NCBI GenBank assembly: GCA_963676565.1
Contig: OY781089.1
Coordinates: forward strand, 1,472,001-1,536,000
Source of the DNA: Halarcobacter sp.
Lineage (GTDB): Bacteria; Campylobacterota; Campylobacteria; Campylobacterales; Arcobacteraceae
Length of the DNA stretch: 64,000 nt
Direction of reading: 5' to 3'
The translations under genes were made by a program, and so were the position numbers. This document shows positions 50,032 to 60,291 of the stretch, one piece after another. Under the pieces are notes generated by a model. The model searched no databases and was not told the DNA's origin. It saw only the letters and a program-made list of their open reading frames with translations. How positions within the stretch are numbered: position 1 is the first letter of the stretch; each line of letters opens with the position of its first letter.

Positions 50032-51537
50032 ATGACAATGAAATTTTTTAAAGGGGTACTTGTATTAAGTACATTGTTCGTTTTTGCATTTGCAAAAGAA
50101 TTAAAAGTTATTGGACCTTGGGAGATATCTGGAATTGAACCAAGCCAATCGGGGTATATTTTTTCAAGAATGCAAGTTGCTGAAACATTAGTTACAATTG
50201 ATGATAAAGGTGAATTAATACCATCTTTAGCAAAGAAATGGAGTGTTTCAGAGGATGGTTTAGTTTGGAAATTTGAAATAAAAGATAATGTAAAATTTCA
50301 AGATGGAACTTTATTAGATGCAAAAATAGTTGCTTTTAATTTAAATAGAGATGAAGTTCTTAAAAAAAGTGTATTAAGGTATTTACCACTTAAAAGAATT
50401 GAGGCTAAAGATAACTCTATTATAATCAACCTTGATTCACAGTTTAGTTCACTTCCAGCATATTTAGCTCACTACAGTACAATTATAATTTCAAAAAACT
50501 CTTTTAATTCAACAACTGGAAAAGTTGAAAAAATTATAGGAACAGGGGCATATAAAATAAAAGATATAACTGCGCCTTTAAGTATAAAACTTACAAGAAA
50601 TGAAAATTGGTGGAATGGAAAAGCAAATATCAAAGATATCTCTTATTTAGCAGTTGGAAAGGGTGAAACAAGATCACTTATGATGAAAAGTAAAGAGGCT
50701 GATATTGCCTATTCAATTTTACCAATTTCACTTAAATCATTAAAGAAAAATCCAAATTTTGATATTCAAATTGTTTCAATACCAAGAACTAGAATGTTAA
50801 AAATTAATTCAGGCTCAGAGTTTTTTAATACTTCAGAATTAAGAGAAGCTATCAGTTTAGCAATACAAAGAAAAGCTATTGCAAAAGCAATACTAAAAAA
50901 TGAAAACTTAGCAGCTACACAACTATTTCCACAATCATTAAACCTTTGGCATAATAAAGAGATTTCTCCTTTAAAAACAAACATTCAAAAAGCAAATGAG
51001 ATTTTAGAAAATAATGGATGGAAATTATCAGATGATGGATTTAGATATAAAGATGGTAAAAAATTCGAAATCACTTTAAATACTTATCCTTCATGGCCTG
51101 AACTTCCAGTAATCTCAACAGCAATTCAATCTCAATTAAAAAAAATAGGTATAGATGTAAAAGTTTTAGTTGGAAGCTATACTGAAATAATTAGAAAACA
51201 TAAAGATAATACTTTACATTTAGGACTTATTTCAAGAAACTTTGCATTAGTACCAAATCCCCTTGGAACTTTACTTCAAGATTATGGAAAAGGTGGTGCA
51301 AACTGGGGTGCTATGAATTGGGAAAATGAAACTATGTTTCAATATTTAAATGAATTAAAAAAATCAGAAAACCATGAACTTCAATTTAAAATAACTAAGC
51401 TTTTACAAGAAGAACTTCCCTCTATCCCTGTTGCTTGGTCTGAGATGGCAGTAGTTTCAAACAAAAAAATTAAAAATCTAAAACTTGATCCCTTTGAATT
51501 AAACTACTTTTTATCTGATGTTAAGTGGGTTAAATAA
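50032..51537 (+). CDS. ABC substrate-binding protein (NikA/OppA family 5)
   Basis: Signal peptide; AETLV..LAKKW..FQDGT; GTGAY. Confidence 0.9.
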   Translation: MTMKFFKGVLVLSTLFVFAFAKELKVIGPWEISGIEPSQSGYIFSRMQVAETLVTIDDKGELIPSLAKKWSVSEDGLVWKFEIKDNVKFQDGTLLDAKIVAFNLNRDEVLKKSVLRYLPLKRIEAKDNSIIINLDSQFSSLPAYLAHYSTIIISKNSFNSTTGKVEKIIGTGAYKIKDITAPLSIKLTRNENWWNGKANIKDISYLAVGKGETRSLMMKSKEADIAYSILPISLKSLKKNPNFDIQIVSIPRTRMLKINSGSEFFNTSELREAISLAIQRKAIAKAILKNENLAATQLFPQSLNLWHNKEISPLKTNIQKANEILENNGWKLSDDGFRYKDGKKFEITLNTYPSWPELPVISTAIQSQLKKIGIDVKVLVGSYTEIIRKHKDNTLHLGLISRNFALVPNPLGTLLQDYGKGGANWGAMNWENETMFQYLNELKKSENHELQFKITKLLQEELPSIPVAWSEMAVVSNKKIKNLKLDPFELNYFLSDVKWVK

Positions 51538-51541
51538 TTAG

Positions 51542-52483
51542 ATGTTGAAAATTTTATCTTCTAGAATACTACAAATTTTTACTTTGGCAGTATTTTTAAA
51601 TACTATTTGTTTTATTATGATTCATGTTTTACCAGGAGACCATGCAATGAGAATTGCAGCAGGAAGATATGGTCCTGATGGAATGACAGCTGAGATTGCT
51701 CAAAGTGTTGCAGTAGAATTAGGTCTTCATAGACCTCTTTATGAACAATATTTTGATTCACTTTTTCAGCTTTTTTCTTTTGATTTGGGTTATTCCTTGG
51801 TAAGTGGAGAAAAGATTATTCATGAATTGCAAACACAGTTAGGTTATTCTTTGTATTTAGCATTATTTGCTTTTGTATTAAGTTTAGTTATAGCCTTTCC
51901 TTTAGGTATATACTCAGGGGTTAAGAAAAATGGTTTTATAGATAAAGTAAGTTTATATTTTTCTATTTTATTTAAAGCTATTCCTCCTTTTATTTTAGCC
52001 TTATTGTTAATACTTATTTTTAGTGTACATTTAAATATTTTACCTCCAGCTGGCTTTGATGATTGGACATATTTAATTCTACCAGCTTTAACACTAGCCC
52101 TTGGATTAGCTGCTGTTTCAAATAGACTTATAAAAGAATCTATGAATGAAGTATCTAACTCTACATATTTTACCTATGGAAAATACAAAGGTCTTTCAAA
52201 TATAGTTTTAATGAGAAGGCATGGTATAAAAAATGCTTTTATTCCAGTTTTAGCCTTCCTTGGACTTCAGTCTATTTATTTAATTGAGGGTGTTGTAATT
52301 GTTGAATCAATTTTTGCTTTTCCTGGAATTGGCCATGCTTTAGTTCATGCAATTATCGCTAGAGATGTACCTATGATTCAAGGTACAGTTTTAATAATGG
52401 GAATAAGCTTTGTATTTATAAATCTATTTGCAGATATTTTATCAAGAGTATTAGACCCAAGATTAGGAGCTAAACATGAATAA
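51542..52483 (+). CDS. ABC permease (NikB/OppB-like)
   Basis: LPGD; LILPALTL; VIVESIFAFPGIG; LDPR. Confidence 0.9.
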   Translation: MLKILSSRILQIFTLAVFLNTICFIMIHVLPGDHAMRIAAGRYGPDGMTAEIAQSVAVELGLHRPLYEQYFDSLFQLFSFDLGYSLVSGEKIIHELQTQLGYSLYLALFAFVLSLVIAFPLGIYSGVKKNGFIDKVSLYFSILFKAIPPFILALLLILIFSVHLNILPPAGFDDWTYLILPALTLALGLAAVSNRLIKESMNEVSNSTYFTYGKYKGLSNIVLMRRHGIKNAFIPVLAFLGLQSIYLIEGVVIVESIFAFPGIGHALVHAIIARDVPMIQGTVLIMGISFVFINLFADILSRVLDPRLGAKHE

Positions 52484-53261
52484 AAGTATAAACTCAAAAT
52501 ATATAGGTTACACACTTTTAAGTTTTTTATTTTTATTTGCAATATTAGTACCCTTTTTAACAGGAGTTGATCCCCATGAACAAGATTTAATGAAAAGTTT
52601 TGCACAGATTAGTTCTTCAAATCTATTAGGTGCTGATCATTATGGAAGGGATATGTTAACAAGACTTGCTTATGCAGTTCAATTATCTTTTTTCTTAAGT
52701 TTTATCACTATGTTAACATCAGCTATACCTGGTGTTTTATTAGGGATTTTAGCTGCATATAAAGGTGGTATAATTGAAAAGATTTTAGTAGTTATATCTG
52801 ATATTATTCTAGCACTGCCTGGATTACTTTTAGTTTTAGTTTTTATTGCTTTTTCACCAGGAAATTTCTTATTTTTATATTTAGGATTATCTTTATCTTT
52901 GTGGGTTGAGTTTTTTAGAGTAAGTAGAGCAAAAACAAAATCTATTTTAGTTGAACCTTATGTTGAATCAACAAGACTTTTAGGTTTTTCCTCTTTTTAT
53001 ATTTTAAAAAAGCAAATCCTTCCTAGCTTGTATCCTAGTATTTTAACCTTGAGTACTTTTGCTATGAGTACAGCAATAGTTGCAATTTCAACTCTAAGTG
53101 CTTTAAATGTAGGAATTAGACCACCAACTGCTGAACTTGGAAGTATGATTGTTGAACTTATGCCTTATTTTGATGAAGAGCCATTTTTGATATTCTTACC
53201 ATCTTTTTTTATTTTCTTATTGGTTTTGTCACTTCAATTAATATCTAGAAAGGAACACTAA
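52476..53261 (+). CDS. ABC permease (NikC/OppC-like)
   Basis: LLGADHYGRD; PPTAELG. Confidence 0.9.
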   Translation: MNKSINSKYIGYTLLSFLFLFAILVPFLTGVDPHEQDLMKSFAQISSSNLLGADHYGRDMLTRLAYAVQLSFFLSFITMLTSAIPGVLLGILAAYKGGIIEKILVVISDIILALPGLLLVLVFIAFSPGNFLFLYLGLSLSLWVEFFRVSRAKTKSILVEPYVESTRLLGFSSFYILKKQILPSLYPSILTLSTFAMSTAIVAISTLSALNVGIRPPTAELGSMIVELMPYFDEEPFLIFLPSFFIFLLVLSLQLISRKEH

Positions 53262-54649
53262 TGTATAAAAAGCTAGAAATAAAAAATTTAACTATTTCAT
53301 CAAATGATTCTATATTAGTAAAAGATATAAATTTAAGTGTTGAACAAGGTGTTCCTTTGGTTCTTTTAGGGGAATCTGGTTCCGGAAAATCTTTAATTAT
53401 CGATTCAATTATGGGAAGTTTAAGTCCTAACTTAAAAGTTGAAGGTGAAATATTTTTAGATAAAAAAGATTTATTAAAATTAACATATAAAGATAAAAGA
53501 AAAATGTGGGGGAAAGATATATCATTACTCCCTCAAGAACCTTGGAGAGCTTTAGACCCAACTATGAGGATAGTTGAGCAAGTTAAGGAAGTTCATGAAT
53601 ATATCCACAATGATAAAAAGAATGCGAGAAAAAAAGCATTAAAAGATTTAGATGATGTTGTTTTAAAAGAGTTTAGCAATTCATACCCTTTTGAAATTTC
53701 AGGTGGTATGTGTCAAAGAACAACCATAGCAATTACACATGCTTTTAATTCACAATTACTTTTAGCTGATGAACCAACAAAAGGGCTTGATAAAGAGTTA
53801 TGTATAAATGTTGCAAATAGATTAAATAAAGAACTTGAACAAAATAGACTCCTTTTTGTAATTACCCATGATTTAGATATTGCAAAAAATATAAAAGGAA
53901 ATTTAGGGGTAATTGTTGATGGAAAGCTAATAGAGTATGGAAAAACAGAAGAACTTTTTTCAAATCCAAAGCATCAATATACAAAAAGACTTTTTAAGAG
54001 TCAAAGTTCATTATGGGATATAGAAAAATCCAATAATATAAGTGATGAAGTGATTAAGATAAAAAATCTATCTAAACAATATTCAGATAATAAGCTTTTT
54101 GAAGATTTAAACTTTACTTTGAAAAAAGGTGAGATCACTTCAATTGTTGGAAAAAGTGGAAGTGGAAAAAGTACCTTAGGGGATATAATTCTTGGTTTAA
54201 AAAATCCAACTGCTGGCGAAATAATAAAATCTAAGGGTTTAAATAATTTAAAATTTCAAAAAATCTACCAACAGCCGCCAAGTGCATTTTTACCTAATCA
54301 AATTTTAAAAGAGGGTTTTGAAGATTTAGTAAAACTCCATAATCTTTCTATGAAAAAAGTTTATGAGCTTTTTGAAAAAGTAAATTTAGAAAAAGAGTTA
54401 TTGTATAGAAAACCAGATGAGGTATCAGGTGGACAACTTCAAAGAATGGCGATTGTAAAAGTTTTACTTTTAAAACCAGCATTTATCTTTGCAGATGAAG
54501 CTACCTCAAGGCTTGATTCCATAAGTCAACAAGAAGTTATATATTTGCTAGTTAACATCGTAAAAGAAGAAAACTTATCATTGCTTTTAGTAACCCATGA
54601 TTTAGAAATGGCTCAAAAAGTTTCTAATCAAATTATTTATTTAAAGTAA
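53261..54649 (+). CDS. fused dual ABC ATPase
   Basis: GESGSGKS and GKSGSGKS; ISGGM and VSGGQ; two DE motifs. Confidence 0.92.
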   Translation: MYKKLEIKNLTISSNDSILVKDINLSVEQGVPLVLLGESGSGKSLIIDSIMGSLSPNLKVEGEIFLDKKDLLKLTYKDKRKMWGKDISLLPQEPWRALDPTMRIVEQVKEVHEYIHNDKKNARKKALKDLDDVVLKEFSNSYPFEISGGMCQRTTIAITHAFNSQLLLADEPTKGLDKELCINVANRLNKELEQNRLLFVITHDLDIAKNIKGNLGVIVDGKLIEYGKTEELFSNPKHQYTKRLFKSQSSLWDIEKSNNISDEVIKIKNLSKQYSDNKLFEDLNFTLKKGEITSIVGKSGSGKSTLGDIILGLKNPTAGEIIKSKGLNNLKFQKIYQQPPSAFLPNQILKEGFEDLVKLHNLSMKKVYELFEKVNLEKELLYRKPDEVSGGQLQRMAIVKVLLLKPAFIFADEATSRLDSISQQEVIYLLVNIVKEENLSLLLVTHDLEMAQKVSNQIIYLK

Positions 54650-54710
54650 AAAATTTCATTGAAGAACAAGTTTAAAAGGATATAGTATTTAAAACACTAA
54701 AAGGTTTTGA

Positions 54711-55580
54711 ATGAAAAATAAAAAAACTGTATCCCTTGTTCTTGGTAGTGGTGGAGCTAGAGGTTATGCTCATATTGGTGTTATAAAAGAACTTGAAGCT
54801 CAAGGTTATGAAATAAAATCTATTTCTGGTTCATCAATGGGCGCATTAATTGGGGGACTTTACGCAGCAGGGAAACTTGGAGAGTATGAACAGTGGGTTG
54901 AAAATTTTAATGTTTTAGATATCTTAAAACTTGTTGATTTTACCTTTTCAAAGGATGGAATGATAAATGGTGAAAAGGTATTTCTAAAAATTGAAGAGAT
55001 GATTGGTGATGTAAATATTGAAGATTTGGATATTTCATTTACAGCAACAGCAACTGATATTTTAAATAGAAAAGAGGTATGGCTTCAAAGAGGATGTTTA
55101 AAAGATGCAATACGTGCTTCAATAGCTATTCCAACCCTTTTTACACCTAAGCAATTAAATGGGAAAACTCTTTTTGACGGAGGGATTTTAAACCCTGTAC
55201 CAATTGTTCCAACTATTTCAGAGTTTACAGATTTAATAATTGCTGTAAATTTAAATGATGATATTGAGATAAAAGAGGAACATAGAAAGCTTTTGGAAAA
55301 AGAGAAAAATAAATTCCATCAAACAGTAATAGATTTTTTCCAAAAAAATATAAAGAGAAAAGAGAATTTAAGTTATTTTCAACTAATAAATAAATCTATT
55401 GAAACTATGCAAGAGGTAATAGCAAGACATCAATTAGCTTCCCATAAACCTGATATCATGGTGAATATATCTTCAAGGGCTTGTGAATTTTATGATTTCC
55501 ATAAAGCATATGAAATGATAAAATATGGACAAGCTGTCACAAAAGAAATACTAGATAAAAAAGAAGAAAAAAGGGATTAA
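54711..55580 (+). CDS. patatin-like phospholipase (RssA-like)
   Basis: GSGGARG, GSSMG, DGG. Confidence 0.92.
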   Translation: MKNKKTVSLVLGSGGARGYAHIGVIKELEAQGYEIKSISGSSMGALIGGLYAAGKLGEYEQWVENFNVLDILKLVDFTFSKDGMINGEKVFLKIEEMIGDVNIEDLDISFTATATDILNRKEVWLQRGCLKDAIRASIAIPTLFTPKQLNGKTLFDGGILNPVPIVPTISEFTDLIIAVNLNDDIEIKEEHRKLLEKEKNKFHQTVIDFFQKNIKRKENLSYFQLINKSIETMQEVIARHQLASHKPDIMVNISSRACEFYDFHKAYEMIKYGQAVTKEILDKKEEKRD

Positions 55581-56773
55581 TCCCTTTTTTTTAAATATGT
55601 GTAAATAAACAAAGCAATAATTACAGACAAAATAAAAATATTTGAGAATAGTAAAATTATAAAAAACAAGAAAGCTAATAACATAGCACTGTTTCTTAAA
55701 AATCCTTTTTCAAAAAGTATTATTGCAGTTATTAAACCAATTAAAGCATTTGAAATGAAAAATGCATCAGAAAAAGCTACTAGATTATCCAAAGTAAGAT
55801 AACCCATATAAACTAAAACTAAAGTGATAATATAAAGCACTGAAAGGGAATTTAAAGCTCCAATTGGAACTTTCTTTTTTGTTACTGTTGAAGTATATTT
55901 TGTGAAATTTAGTGAAGAGATTAGTCTAGAAACACCACCAACAAAAAGAATTAGTGTACCAATACATAAAATCACAGATATAGTTGCAAGTATAAAGTTT
56001 GAACTGCTTCCAAAAATTGGAATAATTAACCATACAAGTTTAAACTCTTCATCTTTTGGAAAGTCTCCAAAACATATAGCAAGAATTATTAAAATATAAA
56101 CTGTTGAGATAATAATTGCAGAGACTTTTACTGCATTTGTTAGTGTTTTTGTGTCATCAACATCTTGGGAATAGTTTCCAATAACTTCCCATCCAACTAT
56201 TGACCAAAACACAATTAACAAAGAATAGCCATACTCTTTTATAGAGATGTTTGGAATACTTAAACTAAAATGTTCCACATTTAAAAGGATAAAAATACTT
56301 GAAACAAAAAATATTATTGTAATAGCTGAACTAACTATTAACATCAATTTTCCTAAAAAACCTATTCTAATAAGCAAGGCTAAATAGGTAATTACATAAA
56401 TAAAAAAGCCTAAAAGTTCTATTGAAATATTTGGAAAATAGGGTAGTAGAAATTTTGCAGCAATTATTAAAACTGCAACTGGACCAAAAAAAACTGCACA
56501 TATTAGATAAAAGGAGGTTAGTATTTGGTACTTTTTACCCATAGCTTCTTTTGTCGCTAGTGAAACTCCTCCATCTCCTGGGAATAAAATTGAGAGTTTA
56601 CCAAAAGTAAGAGCAAACAAAAAGCCTAATACTAATATAGTCCCCCATGTAAATATAGAAGCATTTCCAATCATATTATATAAAAGTGCCGGAAGTAAAA
56701 TTACACCTGAACCTAAAATTGGGCCTATTATTAGACCTGAAAGAGTTAATGTATTTAATTTATTTTGATTCAA
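55577..56773 (-). CDS. APC-family amino-acid transporter (YjeH-like exporter)
   Basis: GPILGSG; FP.DGG; FWSIVGWE; about 12 TM. Confidence 0.8.
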   Translation of the reverse strand: MNQNKLNTLTLSGLIIGPILGSGVILLPALLYNMIGNASIFTWGTILVLGFLFALTFGKLSILFPGDGGVSLATKEAMGKKYQILTSFYLICAVFFGPVAVLIIAAKFLLPYFPNISIELLGFFIYVITYLALLIRIGFLGKLMLIVSSAITIIFFVSSIFILLNVEHFSLSIPNISIKEYGYSLLIVFWSIVGWEVIGNYSQDVDDTKTLTNAVKVSAIIISTVYILIILAICFGDFPKDEEFKLVWLIIPIFGSSSNFILATISVILCIGTLILFVGGVSRLISSLNFTKYTSTVTKKKVPIGALNSLSVLYIITLVLVYMGYLTLDNLVAFSDAFFISNALIGLITAIILFEKGFLRNSAMLLAFLFFIILLFSNIFILSVIIALFIYTYLKKRD

Positions 56774-57665
56774 TCTTTTTCTTTTTTAATATTTTTATAT
56801 TATTTAATACTTTAACGGCTATTATAGTTAAAATTGTCCCAAAAATAATTGAAAAACTAATATTTTCTTCAAGAAATATTGCACTTAATGTAATAGCTGC
56901 AAAGGGAACTAAAAATACAAAGGAACTAACTTCACTAGCTCCAAGTTTTTCAATACCTAAAAAATAAATAGTATTTGCAAAGGTTGAAGCTAAAATTGAG
57001 ATAGACAACATATTTATCCAAAATATTGAATCAAGTTTTGAGTACTCAATCGAACTTAAATCAACAAAAAATAAAAGATTTAAAACTGATGTCACAACAT
57101 ACATATGAAAAGTAAAAGTTATAGGTGATATTTTTATTGCCTTTGAACTAAGAATAGTAACAATTGGCCAAAATATAGAAGCTATAATAAAATATAGATT
57201 GTATGTTACAAAGATTTTTTCACTATCAAATGTCCAAACATGAAGTATTGTCATAACACCAACTGCTCCAAGACCTAAAGCAAAGGCATCTTTTTTTGTA
57301 ACAGTTTTTGCTTTTAATAAAGCCATCATAATAAAAGTATTTATTGGAATTAAACTAGTTACTAATGAACCACCTAATGATGCAGTCCCAAGCTTCACTC
57401 CTAAATAAAAATATTTCATATAAGCAATTAAAGCTATTGAGGTAATAGTTACTAATATAAAGTTTCTAAGACTAATTTTAAATGATTTTTTTAAAATTAT
57501 CATAAGTGGAACCATAGATATTGCTGTAATTATATATCTAAAAGTCATAGTTTCAAATTCATCCATATAAAGACCTAGAAACTTAACATTAACCCATGAA
57601 CCACCCCAACAAACCATTGCAAAAAATAGTAGGATGTAAAATATATTTTTATTTGATTCTGTCAT
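56760..57665 (-). CDS. DMT/EamA family transporter
   Basis: WGGSW; 10 TM; FLVP. Confidence 0.88.
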   Translation of the reverse strand: MTESNKNIFYILLFFAMVCWGGSWVNVKFLGLYMDEFETMTFRYIITAISMVPLMIILKKSFKISLRNFILVTITSIALIAYMKYFYLGVKLGTASLGGSLVTSLIPINTFIMMALLKAKTVTKKDAFALGLGAVGVMTILHVWTFDSEKIFVTYNLYFIIASIFWPIVTILSSKAIKISPITFTFHMYVVTSVLNLLFFVDLSSIEYSKLDSIFWINMLSISILASTFANTIYFLGIEKLGASEVSSFVFLVPFAAITLSAIFLEENISFSIIFGTILTIIAVKVLNNIKILKKKKIESK

Positions 57666-57724
57666 AATATCTCTTTTTATTTTAGTCTAACAAAATTTTT
57701 TGGATATTGTATAGAATAAAATTG

Positions 57725-58498
57725 CTAGATAAGAAGTTTAGAGGGAGTATAACCGTAAAGCTTTTTAAAGTTTCTTGTAAAATGAGATTGGTCATTAAAA
57801 CCAACTTCTAAACTAGCTTCAGTGATATTTTTACCACTTAAGATTAAATTATGAGCTTTATTTACCCTTTGATTAATAATAAAGTTATGGGGTGTTTGCC
57901 CAAACTCTTTTTTAAACATTCTTAGAAAATGGTATTTACTTAAAGAAGAGTTTTGTGCTAGCTCATCAAGAGTAAATTTCATATCAAGGGAATCTTTTAT
58001 ATATTCATAAGTTAATTTTACAATTTTTTTGTCATCAAAAATATTGTCTATGTTTTTATGATAAGAGGTGTAATTTATAACTAAATAAGTTAAGGCTTCA
58101 TGTAGTTTTGTTTCTATATCCAATTCGTCAAATCTATTAAAATATGATATAAAAAAGTAGTGAAGTTTTAAGAAAAGTATCTCATCTTTTATAATATGAT
58201 TTAAAAAATAAGGGATTCTTTTTTCTCCATAAATGTTTTCATAAATTGAACTTAATAATTCAATAGTAGGGTAAAAGTTTGCGTGACTCCAAGATTTAGA
58301 AGCCCCACCATGAATATCACCTGGATTATTTAATCTAACTGATTTTTGATAGAAATAAAAATCTTTATTTAAACTAGTTGATTTAAAAATACCATCATAT
58401 GTTATACCCAAAGTATAAGTATCATGAAAATGTTTTGAAAAGTTTTTATTAAGTGTTTTGATATTTTCAAATGAGATATTTTTTAACATGTTGTTCAT
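57725..58498 (-). CDS. AraC-family transcriptional regulator
   Basis: Cupin HFHD; LSKYHFLRMFKK; GFNDQSHFTRNFKKLYGYTP. Confidence 0.95.
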   Translation of the reverse strand: MNNMLKNISFENIKTLNKNFSKHFHDTYTLGITYDGIFKSTSLNKDFYFYQKSVRLNNPGDIHGGASKSWSHANFYPTIELLSSIYENIYGEKRIPYFLNHIIKDEILFLKLHYFFISYFNRFDELDIETKLHEALTYLVINYTSYHKNIDNIFDDKKIVKLTYEYIKDSLDMKFTLDELAQNSSLSKYHFLRMFKKEFGQTPHNFIINQRVNKAHNLILSGKNITEASLEVGFNDQSHFTRNFKKLYGYTPSKLLI

Positions 58499-58579
58499 AA
58501 TAAATTATATCTAAATAGAAAGGGAAAAAATAGAACAAAATTGCTCTTTTTTAAATTTATAAAAAAGTATAGAAAAAGT

Positions 58580-59869
58580 CTATACTTTTTTTATAGTAAG
58601 TAGAAGTACTACACCAATAACAGCAGCGATAAATGAAGCAACAAAAACTCCTAATTTAACTGCAGCAATTATTCCTTCATCAATGAATGCTAAGTGTGTA
58701 ATGAAAATCGACATTGTAAATCCAATCCCAGCAATAAAACCAACTGCAATAATCTCTTTCCATGAAATATCATCTGGTTTTTCTACTAGTTTCAACTTTG
58801 TTGCAAGATAAGTTAATCCTACTATTCCTATAGGTTTACCTAGTATTAGACCTAATACGACTCCTAAAACAATCATTAAATTTGCATTTACTGTTGAAAA
58901 GTCAATTATTACCCCCGCATTTGAAAAAGCAAATAAAGGCATAATAAAAAAAGCAGATAAACCATGTAATCCATGCTCAAGTCTTACAAGAGGATTTTGA
59001 ACTTTCTCATAGTTATGTGCTATATGATCAAGGTTATGTATTTGTTCATCATTTAAAATGGGGAAATCTTCTTCCATATTTTCTTCAAATTTATGTATAT
59101 CTTTTTTAGTTTTCTTTACAAATTTTTTCTGATCAATTTTTGCTTTTATTGGGATAGTAAAGGCTAATAATACCCCTGCAATTGTTGCATGAATACCAAT
59201 TGCATGAACATAAATCCATAAAGCTATTCCTAAAAGAAGATAAGGGGTTAAAGCTGTAACTTTAAGTTTATTAAGGGAAACTAAAAGAGCCATAATCAAT
59301 ATAACATGTACAAAATATTCAGAGTGTATTTCACTTGTATAAACTGTTGCAACAACAAATATAGCACCTAAATCATCCACCACAGCTAAGGCAACTAAAA
59401 ATACTTTTAAAGCTGGGTTAACTTTATTTCCAAGTAACATCAAAATACCTAAGGCAAAAGCAATATCTGTTGCCATAGGAATACCAAACCCTAATGGATT
59501 AGATGGATTTAAACTCACATAAATAAGTGCAGGAATTATCATACCACCAACTGCTGCAATAATAGGAAATGTAGCTTTATTTATTGTTGAAAGTTCCCCC
59601 ACTAACATCTCTCTTTTAATTTCAAGACCAACCATTAAAAAGAATAATGCCATAAGACCATCATCAATCCAATAGGTTAGAGTCATTGAAACACTCATCT
59701 CTCCTAGATTTATTCCAAGGGGCAAATGCCATAGGTCATAATAATCTTGTCCTAAACTTGAATTTGCAATAATAACTGCCAAAACAGTTGCAACAAAAAG
59801 TAAAATACCACTTAGGGCTTCTTTATTAATAAATTTTTCAAAGTTAGTTAATATAGCAGGTTTAATCAT
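58580..59869 (-). CDS. nhaA: Na+/H+ antiporter NhaA
   Basis: GLEIKRE, ATDIAF, AVVDD, GKPIG, GIGFTMSIFI. Confidence 0.95.
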   Translation of the reverse strand: MIKPAILTNFEKFINKEALSGILLFVATVLAVIIANSSLGQDYYDLWHLPLGINLGEMSVSMTLTYWIDDGLMALFFLMVGLEIKREMLVGELSTINKATFPIIAAVGGMIIPALIYVSLNPSNPLGFGIPMATDIAFALGILMLLGNKVNPALKVFLVALAVVDDLGAIFVVATVYTSEIHSEYFVHVILIMALLVSLNKLKVTALTPYLLLGIALWIYVHAIGIHATIAGVLLAFTIPIKAKIDQKKFVKKTKKDIHKFEENMEEDFPILNDEQIHNLDHIAHNYEKVQNPLVRLEHGLHGLSAFFIMPLFAFSNAGVIIDFSTVNANLMIVLGVVLGLILGKPIGIVGLTYLATKLKLVEKPDDISWKEIIAVGFIAGIGFTMSIFITHLAFIDEGIIAAVKLGVFVASFIAAVIGVVLLLTIKKV

Positions 59870-60237
59870 TATAGTCCTTGATCCTTACACTTAGGGCAAA
59901 TACCTTTTATAATAATATTATCAATCTCATAATCTGGAAGATTTATTTCAAGTTTTTCATGGATACATTCAATTTTCGAACATGTATTACAAATAAAATG
60001 GGAATGTTTTTTATTTTTTATTTCATAATATCTTTTTTTATCATTTGATTCAAAAGCATTTATTATACCTTCCTCTTCAAATTTTATAATATTTCTATAG
60101 AAAGTAGCTTTATCCATTGCTAGGTTATTTTTAACCTCTTCATAACAAAGTGGTTTGTTGTATGAATAAAGCAATTCTAAAATTGCTTTTCTTGCTGTTG
60201 TAAGTTTTATGTTTTTTGATATGTTTTCTAAATTCAT
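59869..60237 (-). CDS. Fur-family regulator, probably Zur
   Basis: DKATFYR HTH; HSHFICNTC and GICPKC; divergent from znuA. Confidence 0.85.
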   Translation of the reverse strand: MNLENISKNIKLTTARKAILELLYSYNKPLCYEEVKNNLAMDKATFYRNIIKFEEEGIINAFESNDKKRYYEIKNKKHSHFICNTCSKIECIHEKLEINLPDYEIDNIIIKGICPKCKDQGL

Positions 60238-60291
60238 ATTCTATTATATCAACTTGAATTTAAAATAATATTTGAAAAAGCAATTTTAGAT

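Noticed and set aside
327..56967. Short ORF-track entries antisense to or nested in long genes (e.g. 327..620, 4566..4748, 20169..20432, 29944..30342, 34832..35377, 43065..43412)
   Set aside because: Shadow frames of well-supported CDSs, with no SD or recognisable motifs.
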